From an uncultured Collinsella sp. (GTDB lineage: Bacteria > Actinomycetota > Coriobacteriia > Coriobacteriales > Coriobacteriaceae): a DNA stretch of 64,000 nt. The DNA lies in NCBI GenBank assembly GCA_902494585.1, contig CABUUD010000001.1, positions 13,351 to 77,350 of the forward strand, written 5' to 3'. The translations under genes and the position numbers were made by a program. Below are positions 9,788 to 19,879 of the stretch, piece by piece (the stretch's first letter is position 1; every line of letters starts with the position of its first letter). Under the pieces are notes generated by a model, which was given only the letters and a program-made list of their open reading frames with translations, ran no database searches and was not told where the DNA came from.

Positions 9788-10573
9788 TTATTTGTCCTCG
9801 AGATAGCGCGAGAGGAACTCGCGGGTGCGCTGGTGCTTGGGGTTGCCGAAGAGCTCGGCCGGCGCGGCGTCCTCGAGGACCACGCCCTTGTCCATAAAGA
9901 CCACGCGATCGGACACGGTGCGGGCAAAGGCCATCTCGTGCGTGACGACGACCATGGTCATGCCGTCGGCAGCGAGCTTGCGCATGACCTCGAGCACCTC
10001 GCCCACGATCTCGGGGTCGAGCGCGGAGGTCGGCTCGTCGAACAGCATGATCTGCGGATTCATGCACAGGGCACGAGCGATGGCCACGCGCTGTTTTTGA
10101 CCACCGGACAGGCGACCCACGGCGGCGTGCGCGAACTTTTCGAGTCCCACGCTCGTCAGATGCTCCATCGCAATTTTTTCAGCCTCGGCCTTGCTCATCT
10201 TTTTGAGCATGACGGGCGCAAGCGTGCAGTTGTCGAGCACGTCCATGTTGTTGAACAGGTTGAAGCCCTGGAACACCATGCCGATGTCCTCACGCAGCTT
10301 GTTAATGTTGCAACGCTCGGCCGTGAGGTCCTGGCCATGGAACCAGATGTGGCCCGCGTCCGGGGTCTCGAGCAGGTTGAGGCAGCGCAGGAAGGTCGAC
10401 TTTCCCGAGCCCGAGGCACCGATGATGGTAACGACCTCGCCGTGGTTAACGGACAAGTCGATGCCCTTGAGTACCTCGAGCGAGCCGAAGCTCTTGCGCA
10501 GGCCCTCGACGCGGATGAGCGGCTCATTGGTCTGTGCGGCGGCCGCAACGCCGGTAGTGGCGGTATCTGCCAT
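9788..10573 (-). CDS. Polar amino-acid ABC transporter ATP-binding protein (GlnQ-like)
   Basis: [24 protein letters not shown] and [10 protein letters not shown] motifs. Confidence 0.95.
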   Translation of the reverse strand: MADTATTGVAAAAQTNEPLIRVEGLRKSFGSLEVLKGIDLSVNHGEVVTIIGASGSGKSTFLRCLNLLETPDAGHIWFHGQDLTAERCNINKLREDIGMVFQGFNLFNNMDVLDNCTLAPVMLKKMSKAEAEKIAMEHLTSVGLEKFAHAAVGRLSGGQKQRVAIARALCMNPQIMLFDEPTSALDPEIVGEVLEVMRKLAADGMTMVVVTHEMAFARTVSDRVVFMDKGVVLEDAAPAELFGNPKHQRTREFLSRYLEDK

Positions 10574-10595
10574 GATGATTCTCCTCGTCTTAAGC

Positions 10596-11744
10596 CTAGT
10601 TAGAGCTGGGCAGCGTGGCAGGGGCCTCGGCGCCGAGCTTTTTGCCAAAGGCTTCGAGCAGGCGGCTCGCCACGAGCGTCAGGATCAGGTAGACCACGAG
10701 CGCCACGCAGTAGACTTCCATCTGGCGATAGTACACACCGGCGACGGTGGTGGTGGCGTACATGAGGTCGAACACGCCGATAACCGAGAGCACCGACGAA
10801 TCCTTGATGTTGATGATGAGCTCGTTGGTGAGCGCCGGAATCGCGTTTTTAATACCCTGGGGGAACACGACTTTGCGCATGGCCTGCCACTGCGACAGAC
10901 CCAGCGAGCGCGCTGCCTCGGCCTGGCCGGGATCGATGGACTCGATGCCGCCGCGCAGGACCTCCATCATGTAGGCGGTGGAGTTGAGCGAGATAGTGAC
11001 GAGGCCGGCGGTGAAGGTGCTCCAAATCTGGTTGGCCTGGGCGGTCTCAAAGCCCATGCCACGCAAAACGGTGAAGCCCGCGTAATAGATGAGCAGACCC
11101 TGGACCATCATGGGCGTGCCGCGCACGATGGTAGAGTAGACGGTCGCAAAGCCGCGGCCGATACTCTTAAAGAAGCGCGTGAGGTCGTTATCCACGCGGT
11201 CGAACGTCTGAATGCGCAGGAACACAAAGAGCAGCGCCAGGAAAAAGGCGATGACGGTACCGAAGGTCGCAAGTGCGATGGTGATCTCGATGCCGCGGAT
11301 AAAGAAGTCGCCGCTCTTGTAGGTCATGTAGACCAGGCTCGACAAAAAGTCGCTAGGGTTGGAATCCGAGACAATGCTCACCTGCACCAGGTCGATAAAC
11401 GACATGACGCAGCGGTCCACGAAAAAGATCGCCGCGATGGCGACCACGACGTAGCTGCCCAGGCGCGCGCCGCGGCGGAAACGCTCGGATGCGAACGGCG
11501 ACGTTTCGCGATAGTCATTCCAATGCATGAGTTTGGTGACCAGCGCCGCCGCCGACACGACAATCCAGGCCCAAAGAATCGCCCATAGGCAATCCTGGAA
11601 GATACCGGTGGGGGCTAAGAAGCTCAGCGGTGTGGGATTGCGCTGACTAAACGCCAGGCCGAGCGCCGCGATGACGCTCGTGCCCAGGTACACGTAACGG
11701 TGGTCGGCCTTGATAAAGGAGGCCAGACGATTGATGGTTTTCAT
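10596..11744 (-). CDS. Polar amino-acid ABC permease with N-terminal membrane extension
   Basis: [18 protein letters not shown] and IKDSS motifs. Confidence 0.93.
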   Translation of the reverse strand: MKTINRLASFIKADHRYVYLGTSVIAALGLAFSQRNPTPLSFLAPTGIFQDCLWAILWAWIVVSAAALVTKLMHWNDYRETSPFASERFRRGARLGSYVVVAIAAIFFVDRCVMSFIDLVQVSIVSDSNPSDFLSSLVYMTYKSGDFFIRGIEITIALATFGTVIAFFLALLFVFLRIQTFDRVDNDLTRFFKSIGRGFATVYSTIVRGTPMMVQGLLIYYAGFTVLRGMGFETAQANQIWSTFTAGLVTISLNSTAYMMEVLRGGIESIDPGQAEAARSLGLSQWQAMRKVVFPQGIKNAIPALTNELIINIKDSSVLSVIGVFDLMYATTTVAGVYYRQMEVYCVALVVYLILTLVASRLLEAFGKKLGAEAPATLPSSN

Positions 11745-11753
11745 GCTGCCTCC

Positions 11754-12680
11754 CTATGCCGGCTGACGGTCGAGGCACGCGTCCCACATTTGGTCGCGTT
11801 CCTCTTGGCTAATGCCCTTGAGTGTCTTGTCGATGAGTTTAAGCAGCTTGTCCGAGCCCTTGCGGCAGCCGACGTTTGCCGCGACCTCCTGCTTAAAGCC
11901 CTCGCCCTCGGCAAAATGAATAGGGACGATACCCGGGTTTTGGGCCATATAGCCCTTCTCGTTCTCGGTGTTGTAAGTCACGGCGTCGCACGTGTCCTGC
12001 AGCAGATTCGAGAACACCGTGGGGACCGAATCGACCGGGTTCTTGTGCACAACGCCCGGAATCTCGTCGATGACGGTGTCGAGCATGGTGTCCTTTTGGC
12101 CGAGTACCGTGGCACCGCTAAAGTCGCTGAGCTTGGTGGCGTTTTGGTAGGGGGAACCCTCTTTTACGAACAGGCCAAAGTAGCCAATGAAGTACGGGTC
12201 GGAGAAGCCGACCGACTCCTCGCGCTCGGGCGTGGCGCTCATACCGGCGATGATGAGGTCGATCTGGCCGTTGTTGAGCGAATCGATGAGGCCCGAGAAG
12301 CTCTGCTTGACGGCAACGGGCTCGCCACCGAGGGCCTTGCAGACGATCTTGGCGATCTGCACGTCGTAGCCATCGGCATAGGCGCCCTGCACGTTGTCGA
12401 TGGGGATGGTGAACTCACTGGCTTCGGAAACCTGCCAGTTGTACGGGGCGTAGGCCGCCTCCATGCCAATGCGGATCTTGTCCTTGCCGATCACGGAATC
12501 GGACAGGTCGTCGCGACCGCCGCCCGTCGTGGGCTGAACCACTTTGAGCGTGGACGGACGCTGACAGCCGGCGAGCGCACCGGCGACGACGGAAGCGCTC
12601 GCAGCGAGAGCGCCACCCAAAAAGATGCGACGGCTGCATACCGGCTGGGTCTGCATGCCGCGCTGTTGGGGAGAATGCAT
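11754..12680 (-). CDS. Amino-acid ABC substrate-binding lipoprotein (Tat signal)
   Basis: SRRIFLGG...LAGC; GMEAAYAPYNW, GYDV and GMSATPER motifs. Confidence 0.92.
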   Translation of the reverse strand: MHSPQQRGMQTQPVCSRRIFLGGALAASASVVAGALAGCQRPSTLKVVQPTTGGGRDDLSDSVIGKDKIRIGMEAAYAPYNWQVSEASEFTIPIDNVQGAYADGYDVQIAKIVCKALGGEPVAVKQSFSGLIDSLNNGQIDLIIAGMSATPEREESVGFSDPYFIGYFGLFVKEGSPYQNATKLSDFSGATVLGQKDTMLDTVIDEIPGVVHKNPVDSVPTVFSNLLQDTCDAVTYNTENEKGYMAQNPGIVPIHFAEGEGFKQEVAANVGCRKGSDKLLKLIDKTLKGISQEERDQMWDACLDRQPA

Positions 12681-12845
12681 AATCTGCCTTCCCTGTTGAA
12701 TCGTATGCTGACGATTTAACAGGATACGCCAGCGACCAGCAGCGCAGCACAAGCTCGAAAAATTAATAGACACACGGTAGTCATTGGGAACGTCGATGTT
12801 TTGACAATGCCAGCGAGCGCCACCCAGAGCGAACAAGTTGGCATG

Positions 12846-12887
12846 AAAAAGGCACGGCATAGACCTTCTGGTCATGCCGTGCCTTTT
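12846..12887. terminator. Intrinsic terminator
   Basis: AAAAAGGCACGGCAT...ATGCCGTGCCTTTT downstream of the epimerase gene. Confidence 0.8.
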
Positions 12888-12958
12888 GAATGACAAATTG
12901 TCGCTCTGGGTGGCGCGCAGCGTCGACCGGTCCGCCGTTCGTTAGAACGGCGGAACCT

Positions 12959-13852
12959 CTAGAGCAGTGTGACGCTAAAGCTACGTTTATCGGTAGCGCC
13001 GGGAGCCAAGGTGATGGTGTTGGCCTTGTGCTCAAAGACATCGTCCTCGGTGTCCATGGTGGTGTGACCGGTCCAGGGCTCGAGCGCCACAAACGGAGCG
13101 TCGTTGGCGGCAGACCACACGCCGATGTACTTAAAGCCCTCAAAGTCGATCTTGACGCCGTGGCCCGACTTGCGGCCGCGCAGCGTGAGCGTGGAGCCCG
13201 GGGTATCGGTGAACATGATGGCGTCGTTATCGAAGCTGCGGTGCGTGATGGGCAGCACGTCCGAGTTATCGGGAGCCTTGTAGCTACCCTCGAACGTCAT
13301 AAGGCCATCGGGCGTGATGACGGGGGCCTCGTTAGTCCAAGCCTCGGTAAACGCCAGCTCGTAATCCTCGAACGCCTCGTCCTCGGCGCCGGGGGCGGGC
13401 ACGTTAAATGCGGGGTGGCCGCCCACCGAGAACGGCAGGTCCACGTCGCCGGTGTTGGTGACGGCAAAGGTCTGCGTAAGGGTGGCGTCGCCGGTCAGGG
13501 CATAGGTCATGTTGAGCTTAAAGTGGAACGGAAACGCCTTGAGAGACTCGGACGTGTCGGTGAGCTCATAGGTAACGGACGAACCGTCCTCCGACACCTC
13601 GACGATCTTGTGCTCCACGATACGCGCGATGCCGTGGCGCGCCATCTCGCAGGTGCCGGCCGCAGACGTCGCCGTGTTGTTGCGCAGCGATCCCACAATG
13701 GGGAACAGGATAGGCGCGTGCTTGCCCCAAAAGGCCGGGTCGCCCTGCCACAGATACTCGTTGCCGTTGAGGGCAAGGCTCGTGAGCTGGGCGCCCATGG
13801 AATCGATGGCCGCGGTGAGGCCGCCGCGCTTGATGGTAGTGACGGTGGACAT
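12959..13852 (-). CDS. Aldose 1-epimerase family protein (LacX-like)
   Basis: EYLWQGDPAFW, APILFPIVG, RHG, GGHPAF and FVALEPW motifs. Confidence 0.92.
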   Translation of the reverse strand: MSTVTTIKRGGLTAAIDSMGAQLTSLALNGNEYLWQGDPAFWGKHAPILFPIVGSLRNNTATSAAGTCEMARHGIARIVEHKIVEVSEDGSSVTYELTDTSESLKAFPFHFKLNMTYALTGDATLTQTFAVTNTGDVDLPFSVGGHPAFNVPAPGAEDEAFEDYELAFTEAWTNEAPVITPDGLMTFEGSYKAPDNSDVLPITHRSFDNDAIMFTDTPGSTLTLRGRKSGHGVKIDFEGFKYIGVWSAANDAPFVALEPWTGHTTMDTEDDVFEHKANTITLAPGATDKRSFSVTLL

Positions 13853-13931
13853 ACTACTTCCTCCAATGGTAAACAACAGTGTCGAGGGTTATTGTCCCAC
13901 TCTTGGCAGCAGGGCTGAGCGGCAGGCGCAG

Positions 13932-14798
13932 TTATTGAGCAATAGCATAAAGGTCAAACCCACCCTGCGGCGCGCTATCGACCGTATCGGGTGCTTGCGA
14001 ATTAAAACTCACCGGGACCATGCGCTTTGAGGCGCGGTAACGCGTGCCGTCGGTGGCGACGGGCGGCTCATCGACCGTGAGCTCGTAGTCGCCGGGCTTG
14101 AGCTCGATACCGTCACCTTCGGAATTAACGTATTGGTACTCGTCGATTGCTTGTCCCCTGAGCGTGCGGCCCACGATATGGACGAGCATTTGGCTGTCGC
14201 CGCGCGCGGTATCCCACGTCGCGCCGTCCTTAACCTCGACCGACACATGCACCGAGCGCGTGCGGCTGAGCGATTGCTCGACGGACATCTCGACCTTGGC
14301 GGCGTCTTGGCGCTGCCGCTCGACATGACCCCAGATGCTGCCGATTGCCGAGCAGGCGATAACGCCGGCCATGAAGGCGATGAGGATGGGGCCGAGCGGA
14401 GAACGGCGGCCCGCGTCTTCCTCACGAGCCAGGTCGGGGCGATGCGTGGGCGCTGGCGCCTGGGCGCCTTGCGCGGGCACGTCGAGAATGCTGAAAGATG
14501 CCGTACTGCCGGGGTCGATGGTGTGGCGAGGTTGCGGGGTCTTTGCCGGCGAAATGGACATGTCCGCCGGCTCATCGAGTGTGGCCGTGGCATCGGCCTT
14601 AGCCTCGTCGGCCTCGGCCTGGGCCCAGGCCTGTTCAAAAGTCAGGGGCTCGGCGGCATCGGAGGCGGCGTCCGTCTCGACGGCATCGTTGCCGGTCTCG
14701 TCCTCGTCGCTCGACACGTCACGCGGCGCGGGCTCGTCCCACTCCTCGTCCGGAGCCTCGCCCTCGCTATACCACCATTCAAAGTTATCGATATCCAT
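13932..14798 (-). CDS. Hypothetical single-pass membrane protein with acidic N-terminus
   Basis: 288-aa ORF with one TM segment (PILIAFMAGVIACSAIG). Confidence 0.7.
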   Translation of the reverse strand: MDIDNFEWWYSEGEAPDEEWDEPAPRDVSSDEDETGNDAVETDAASDAAEPLTFEQAWAQAEADEAKADATATLDEPADMSISPAKTPQPRHTIDPGSTASFSILDVPAQGAQAPAPTHRPDLAREEDAGRRSPLGPILIAFMAGVIACSAIGSIWGHVERQRQDAAKVEMSVEQSLSRTRSVHVSVEVKDGATWDTARGDSQMLVHIVGRTLRGQAIDEYQYVNSEGDGIELKPGDYELTVDEPPVATDGTRYRASKRMVPVSFNSQAPDTVDSAPQGGFDLYAIAQ

Positions 14799-14874
14799 AC
14801 GGGGCGCCCCTTAGGCCTCGCAAATAAACACTTGTTAGCCTTATACCCGCAGATGGCGCTGGAGCTCGCACGGA

Positions 14875-14905
14875 ATGCGATAAAGGGACTGCTCCTTTGT
14901 CGCAT
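14875..14905. repeat. REP-like palindrome copy
   Basis: ATGCGATAAAGGGACTGCTCCTTTGTCGCAT. Confidence 0.8.
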
Positions 14906-14908
14906 CGA

Positions 14909-14975
14909 AGTTGCGGTGGAATAGTTCCTGTTTGCACGCCCACTCGAGCTATTTAGGGACTATTTCACCGCAAGT
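14909..14975. repeat. About 66-bp inverted-repeat element, copy 1
   Basis: TTGCGGTGGAATAGTTCCT...AGGGACTATTTCACCGCAA; second copy at 46913-46978. Confidence 0.8.
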
Positions 14976-15841
14976 TATTTGAGGGCGACGGGGATTTGGA
15001 TACAGCAGAAGTCCTCTTGGTGAGACTCGTCGTAGCTCGTGGTGTCCAGGTAGCAAAAATCGAAAGCATTGCCGATGGGCTGGAGCGCGTGCCTGTCCAT
15101 GCAGGCCACGATGGCGCGGATACCCTCGGGCTCGTACGGCATGCCCCAGCGACTCATGCACAGGTACGTGCCCTCGGGCAGCACCTCGACGCCAATCTCC
15201 GCCAGCTCGGCAGGATCGCTCGGCAGTATTTCCTCGGCACCACGCGGCAACACGGCAAAGGAACCGGCACCGGCGATGGGGTCGTCGGAATGCAGCGCCT
15301 CGCGACGCAGCATGGCGCCCCAACCGCGCATGGGGCGTGTACCCGTGAGCGCACGCATGCGCAGAATCGCCCGCATGAGCGTGGGGTGCAGCATCGAGCG
15401 GCCACGCTCGATATCGCTCGGGAACTCCTCAAAGACCACGTAGCGGCGCTCGAATTGCTTGAGCTCCGGTTTGCCCTCGCGCTCGCGCCAATAGACCGCC
15501 TCGTCGTAAAAACTCAGCCGCTCCTGCACGCTCGCGCGCTCGGCTTTGAGCCCGGCAATCTGCTCGTCGAGCGCCTGCACCCGCGAGCGCAGGTGATCGG
15601 TCATCTCTCCAATGTCGAACGTCGAGGTCAGGCGATCGATCTCATCGAGTTCCAGTCCCAAGTCGCGCAGCATGCAGATCAGACGCATGAGCGGGATCTG
15701 CGTGGGCGAATAGAAACGGTAGCCTTTTTCGTTAACCACGGCGGGTTTAAACAGACCGATCTTGTCGTAGTAGATGAGCGTTTGGCGCGAAACGTTAAAC
15801 AAGCTCGCCATCTCGCTAATCGCATACATACCCGTCTGCAT
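14975..15841 (-). CDS. MerR-family regulator (BltR/BmrR-like)
   Basis: YAISEMASLFNVSRQTLIYYDKIGL...GYRFY; GyrI-like C-terminus. Confidence 0.92.
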   Translation of the reverse strand: MQTGMYAISEMASLFNVSRQTLIYYDKIGLFKPAVVNEKGYRFYSPTQIPLMRLICMLRDLGLELDEIDRLTSTFDIGEMTDHLRSRVQALDEQIAGLKAERASVQERLSFYDEAVYWREREGKPELKQFERRYVVFEEFPSDIERGRSMLHPTLMRAILRMRALTGTRPMRGWGAMLRREALHSDDPIAGAGSFAVLPRGAEEILPSDPAELAEIGVEVLPEGTYLCMSRWGMPYEPEGIRAIVACMDRHALQPIGNAFDFCYLDTTSYDESHQEDFCCIQIPVALK

Positions 15842-15869
15842 AGGTCCTCCCGACACACCCTTTGACACG

Positions 15870-15901
15870 AAAAGCCCGCCGCCCACAGGGGCAGCGGGCT
15901 C
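15870..15901 (-). terminator. Terminator between ubiX and merR
   Basis: GAGCCCGCTGCCC...GGGCGGCGGGC-TTTT on minus strand. Confidence 0.65.
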
Positions 15902-15932
15902 AAACACTACTCGTATCCTACCCTAAAGATGC

Positions 15933-16511
15933 CTATGACCAGCGCTTATAGTTGGCGCACGACACGCCGACGGCCTCGAGTGCCTTGGCGGCGATGTGAT
16001 GCACCGCCTCATCGAGCGTGGCGGGGCCGTTGTAAAACGTGAGCATGGGCGGCATGAGCATGACGCCCGGCACGCGCGCCAGGCGTGCCATGTTGTCGAC
16101 ATGGATCGCACTGAAGGGCGTCTCGCGCACCATAAGCACCAGGCGGCGCTGCTCTTTCATCTGCACATCGGCCGCACGCAGCAACAGGTTTTCGCTGTAG
16201 CCGCTCGCGATGCCGGCGAGCGTCTTCATGGAGCAGGGAGCCACGATCATGCCGTCGACCGGATAGGTGCCGCTTGCGATGGCAGCGCCAATGTTCTTGT
16301 TGTCGTAGACCACATCGGCATAGCACGCAAACTCGTCGAGCGTCATGCCGAGCTCCTGCTCGATGGTGATCTCTCCCCCGCGCGTGACGACAAGCGCCGA
16401 CTCAGCGCCGGCCTGGCGCAGGCATTTGAGGCATTCAAGGCCCAGTGCCGCACCGCTGGCGCCAGACACGCCAACGACAATGCGACGGGGACGAACAGAA
16501 GACTCAGGCAT
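15933..16511 (-). CDS. ubiX: Flavin prenyltransferase (UbiX/LpdB)
   Basis: GVSGASG, IASG, APCSMKTLA, RAADVQMKE and RETP motifs. Confidence 0.95.
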   Translation of the reverse strand: MPESSVRPRRIVVGVSGASGAALGLECLKCLRQAGAESALVVTRGGEITIEQELGMTLDEFACYADVVYDNKNIGAAIASGTYPVDGMIVAPCSMKTLAGIASGYSENLLLRAADVQMKEQRRLVLMVRETPFSAIHVDNMARLARVPGVMLMPPMLTFYNGPATLDEAVHHIAAKALEAVGVSCANYKRWS

Positions 16512-16544
16512 GACAACTCCTTAACTACTTGGTAGGGCTACTTA

Positions 16545-18032
16545 CTAGAAGGCGAGCTCGGCGGCCCACTTGTCCTTGTCGATCTCCATGAACTGCGAGC
16601 GGATGAAGTTCTTCTTGAGGTTAAACGGAACCGTGCAGTCGAAGATGGCCTTGCAGGCGATACCGTGCTCGCGGATCGAAGGATCGAACGCGGGGTCGTT
16701 GGACGGATCGAGCACGTGGCAGTGGCAACCGGGGATGGTGATGAGGTCCACGTCGGCCTGGAAGCGTGTGGTCATGGCCCACATCACGTCGCTCATATCG
16801 AAGATGTCGACATCCTCGTCGACAAGGATGACGTGCTTGAGCTCGGAGAACGCCGAGAAGGCGAGCATGGCGGCGTTGCGCTGACGGCCCTCGTCATTTT
16901 TGCTCGACTTCTTGAACTGCATGATGGCAACGAACTTGCCGCCACCGCAGGGAGCGGCGTGAACGTTGAGCAGGCGGCCCGGGATAGCGGTCTCGACCAT
17001 CTTGTAGATGGAGGCCTCGGTGGGGATACCGGCCATGGACACGTGCTCGTGCGAAGGGCCGATGCAGCTCTCCATAATGGGGTTGACGCGCGTGGTGACG
17101 GCGGTGATCTTGATCACCGGGCAGACCTTGGCGCCACCGGTGTAGCCGGGGAACTCGGGCATGGCGTAGCCGTGGCCGTTGACATCCTCGTTGATGGTCT
17201 CGTCGTGCATGAGGTAGCCCTCGAGCACGTACTCGGCATTGGCAATGCACTTCTGCGGAACGGTGACGCAGTCGGCAAGCTCGACGGCGCGGCCGCGCAG
17301 GGCGCCGGCGATCTGCAGCTCGTTGAAGCCGAGCGGCGTGGTGGGAGCCTCGAAGCCGCAGCACATGTACACGGCGGGGTCCAGGCCGATGGAGATGGAG
17401 ATGGGCATATCCTCGCCGCGCTGGCAGTACTCGTCAAAGAACGCACCCAGGTGACGGCTGCCCGGGGTGATCCACATGGCGAGCTTGTCCTTGTCGACGC
17501 AGGAGAAGCGGTGGATGGTTACGTCGGACTGGGTGCCATCGGGGCTCGTGCCATAGGCGAGGCCCATGGTGATGTAGGGGCCGCCGTCAACGGGCGTGTT
17601 GGTGGGAGCGGGAACGATCTTGCGCAGGTCAAAGCCCTCGTCGGTCGCCTTGTACACGACCTCCTGGCAGTCGACGTGCTTGCCCTCGGCGATCTGCTCG
17701 GGGGCGATCAGGTTCTCGAAGCGCTTGCCGATCTCGAGGCCCAGGTGCTCCTCGTCCAGGTCGAGCAGGGCGGCAACGCGCTTGCGGCTGGCAAGCATAC
17801 CGATGCAGACCTTGGCGTCGTCAAAGCCCTTGACGTTGTTGAAGACCATCGCCGGACCCTCTTTGGTCGGGCGCATGACGGTGCCGCCAGCACCGACGTG
17901 ACGGTAGACGCCCGAGACCTCGGCATCGGGATCGACCTGGGTGTCGGTCTCGAGCAGCTGGCCCGGCATCTCACGCAAAAAGTCGAGCGCGGAACGCAGG
18001 TCGTGGATCTGGGAAGCATCGGTAGTGGACAT
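16545..18032 (-). CDS. UbiD-family decarboxylase, gallate/protocatechuate decarboxylase (LpdC/AroY)-like
   Basis: GVYRHVGAGGTVMRPT, DVTIHR, MPEFPGY and EHVSMAGIPTEAS, motifs recalled from the LpdC/AroY clade. Confidence 0.9.
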   Translation of the reverse strand: MSTTDASQIHDLRSALDFLREMPGQLLETDTQVDPDAEVSGVYRHVGAGGTVMRPTKEGPAMVFNNVKGFDDAKVCIGMLASRKRVAALLDLDEEHLGLEIGKRFENLIAPEQIAEGKHVDCQEVVYKATDEGFDLRKIVPAPTNTPVDGGPYITMGLAYGTSPDGTQSDVTIHRFSCVDKDKLAMWITPGSRHLGAFFDEYCQRGEDMPISISIGLDPAVYMCCGFEAPTTPLGFNELQIAGALRGRAVELADCVTVPQKCIANAEYVLEGYLMHDETINEDVNGHGYAMPEFPGYTGGAKVCPVIKITAVTTRVNPIMESCIGPSHEHVSMAGIPTEASIYKMVETAIPGRLLNVHAAPCGGGKFVAIMQFKKSSKNDEGRQRNAAMLAFSAFSELKHVILVDEDVDIFDMSDVMWAMTTRFQADVDLITIPGCHCHVLDPSNDPAFDPSIREHGIACKAIFDCTVPFNLKKNFIRSQFMEIDKDKWAAELAF

Positions 18033-18174
18033 GGCGTACTCCTTTCGGGAGAGTGTCCGGCGACGGGGTGCCGCCGGACGGGGTAACGTAATGGGGCCGC
18101 GGCGCTCACAAATGGAGCGCTCGACCACTCGAAGTTCAAGCGCTTGGCTGCTTACAGCCGGGGCGCTCGACCGC

Positions 18175-19632
18175 TTACATCAGGCCAAAGAGGTGGAACC
18201 AGGCGGCCTCGACCAGCACGACGACAAAGACGACCGCGGTGAGGGGGATGCCCATGCGCATAGCCTCTTTGGAGGTGTAGCCGCCGGCGTCCTTGCCTTC
18301 GCCGATAAGGATCGGCAGGTTATGGAACGGCAGGATGTAGTGGATGTTGATGGACGTGAAGACGATGAGCGCCACGGCGAGTGGGCTCACGCTGGAGCCG
18401 GCGGCAAAGCTGATAAATGCCGGCACGCACACGCCGAGCACGGCCATGACCGAGCCCATGAACATGTGGATGATCATGGAAAGCGCGGCGACGAGCAGGG
18501 CGAACAGGAAGATGTTCTCAGGCACGGAGCTGGGGAGCACGACGTCGGCGATCCAGGCGTTCATGCCGGTGGCACCGCCCACGGAGCCCACGGCCATGGC
18601 GGCCGTCAGGAACATGAGGGACTTGATGTCGACAGCGTTCCAGCTGGCGGGAGTGAGGACTTCGCCGATGATGGGCATGGCGAGAGCAACGCCAATGGCC
18701 AGGGTGACCCAGCCGATATAGTCGCCCGAGACGGTGAGCCACAGCGCGATGGCGATGACAAGCCACACGATGGTGCGGATCTCCTTGACGGAGAGCTTGC
18801 CGAGCGCGGCCTGCTTGGCCACGATCTGCTCGCGATCGTAGACGAGCTCCTTGCTGGGCTTAAAGAGGAAAAGGCCCAGGAACAGGGTGCACAGCAGCGC
18901 AACCAGCATAGGCACGCTCATGTACAGGAACCAGTCGACGAAGGACGGGCTCATGCCGCCGGCCTCGGCACTGTACTGCGCAACGAGCGGGTTAAGCGTG
19001 GAGTCGCCCGTCAGGAAGAACATGGAACCCGGGGCGGCAGCGGCAAACACGAGGAAGCCGAGCTTGCCCTTGTCGTCGTCACCGTAGCCGGCGGACTCGG
19101 CGATGACCGAGACGACGGCGAGGATGAGGAAGGCGCGGGGGAACGGATGCGGGATCAGCAGCGACAGCACAAAGGTGAGCGCGAAGATCGAGATGATGAG
19201 CGACTTGGCGTCGCGCACGAACTTGAGCATGAACGCGTAGGCGATGCGCTCGCCCAGGCCCGACTCCTTGACCGCGCTGGCGATGAGGTAGGCGCCGATG
19301 ACGAGCCACATGGTGGCCTTGGTCCACGAGCTAAACGTGGAGGCGACCGTCGCCGAGATGCTCGCGGCGCCCGTGTCGTCCACGCACACCTTGAACAGGA
19401 CGAGCAGTGCGCAGTAGAGCAGGCCCACAAAGCCCGGCTGTGCCACGCCGCATGCCCAGAACACCACCGTGGCGAGCGTCAGTGCCAGACAGGTCTGACC
19501 GCCGACCGTGAGCTCGACCGTCGAGCTCAGCTCCGCCAAAGGAAGAAACTTCACCAGCAAAAAGACAACGATACCCAGCACAAAGCCAATTTCGCGCTTG
19601 GTGATCTTAAACGCCTTCTTTTCCGCTTCCAT
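18175..19632 (-). CDS. SLC13/DASS-family anion permease
   Basis: Many TM segments; WLVIGAYLIASAVKESGLGERIA and LIPHPFPRA motifs. Confidence 0.85.
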   Translation of the reverse strand: MEAEKKAFKITKREIGFVLGIVVFLLVKFLPLAELSSTVELTVGGQTCLALTLATVVFWACGVAQPGFVGLLYCALLVLFKVCVDDTGAASISATVASTFSSWTKATMWLVIGAYLIASAVKESGLGERIAYAFMLKFVRDAKSLIISIFALTFVLSLLIPHPFPRAFLILAVVSVIAESAGYGDDDKGKLGFLVFAAAAPGSMFFLTGDSTLNPLVAQYSAEAGGMSPSFVDWFLYMSVPMLVALLCTLFLGLFLFKPSKELVYDREQIVAKQAALGKLSVKEIRTIVWLVIAIALWLTVSGDYIGWVTLAIGVALAMPIIGEVLTPASWNAVDIKSLMFLTAAMAVGSVGGATGMNAWIADVVLPSSVPENIFLFALLVAALSMIIHMFMGSVMAVLGVCVPAFISFAAGSSVSPLAVALIVFTSINIHYILPFHNLPILIGEGKDAGGYTSKEAMRMGIPLTAVVFVVVLVEAAWFHLFGLM

Positions 19633-19716
19633 CTCCCCACCTTTCTTGTTGGGGGCGCTCCGAATTCGCAGCCATGTTGCCGCTTAAAAAGGGGCGCCCG
19701 TTATCGGACACCCCTT

Positions 19717-19747
19717 ACGTTGCGCTGTGTTGCGGCAATACAGTCAA
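19717..19747 (-). promoter_or_regulatory. MerR-type promoter for permease-ubiD-ubiX
   Basis: TTGACT-N19-CAACGT with dyad CTGTATTGC-C-GCAACACAG (19725-19743) in the spacer. Confidence 0.7.
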
Positions 19748-19783
19748 GCGGATTTTTTGGATGAGAAGCGATTCCCTAGACAA

Positions 19784-19848
19784 AAACCGTCACAACATTC
19801 GACGCTTTTCCTCGTTTTCGAGATTTTCGCCGAATGTTGTGACGGTTT
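19784..19848. repeat. 65-bp element with perfect 18-bp inverted arms
   Basis: AAACCGTCACAACATTCG / CGAATGTTGTGACGGTTT. Confidence 0.75.
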
Positions 19849-19850
19849 GG

Positions 19851-19879
19851 ATGTGGCAAAGGGACTGTCTTTTTTACAT
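19851..19879. repeat. REP-like palindrome, degenerate copy
   Basis: ATGTGGCAAAGGGACTGTCTTTTTTACAT; overlaps a stop codon. Confidence 0.6.

Noticed and set aside
12690..12845. Possible T-box or riboswitch upstream of the amino-acid ABC operon
   Set aside because: No T-box consensus or known aptamer recognised; the nearby hairpin is the upstream gene's terminator
17941..19764. Long antisense ORFs (e.g. 607 aa here; also 28138-30081, 29912-31867, 47439-49370, 49545-51767, 60851-62788)
   Set aside because: Shadow frames of well-supported genes in high-GC DNA, with no recognisable motifs
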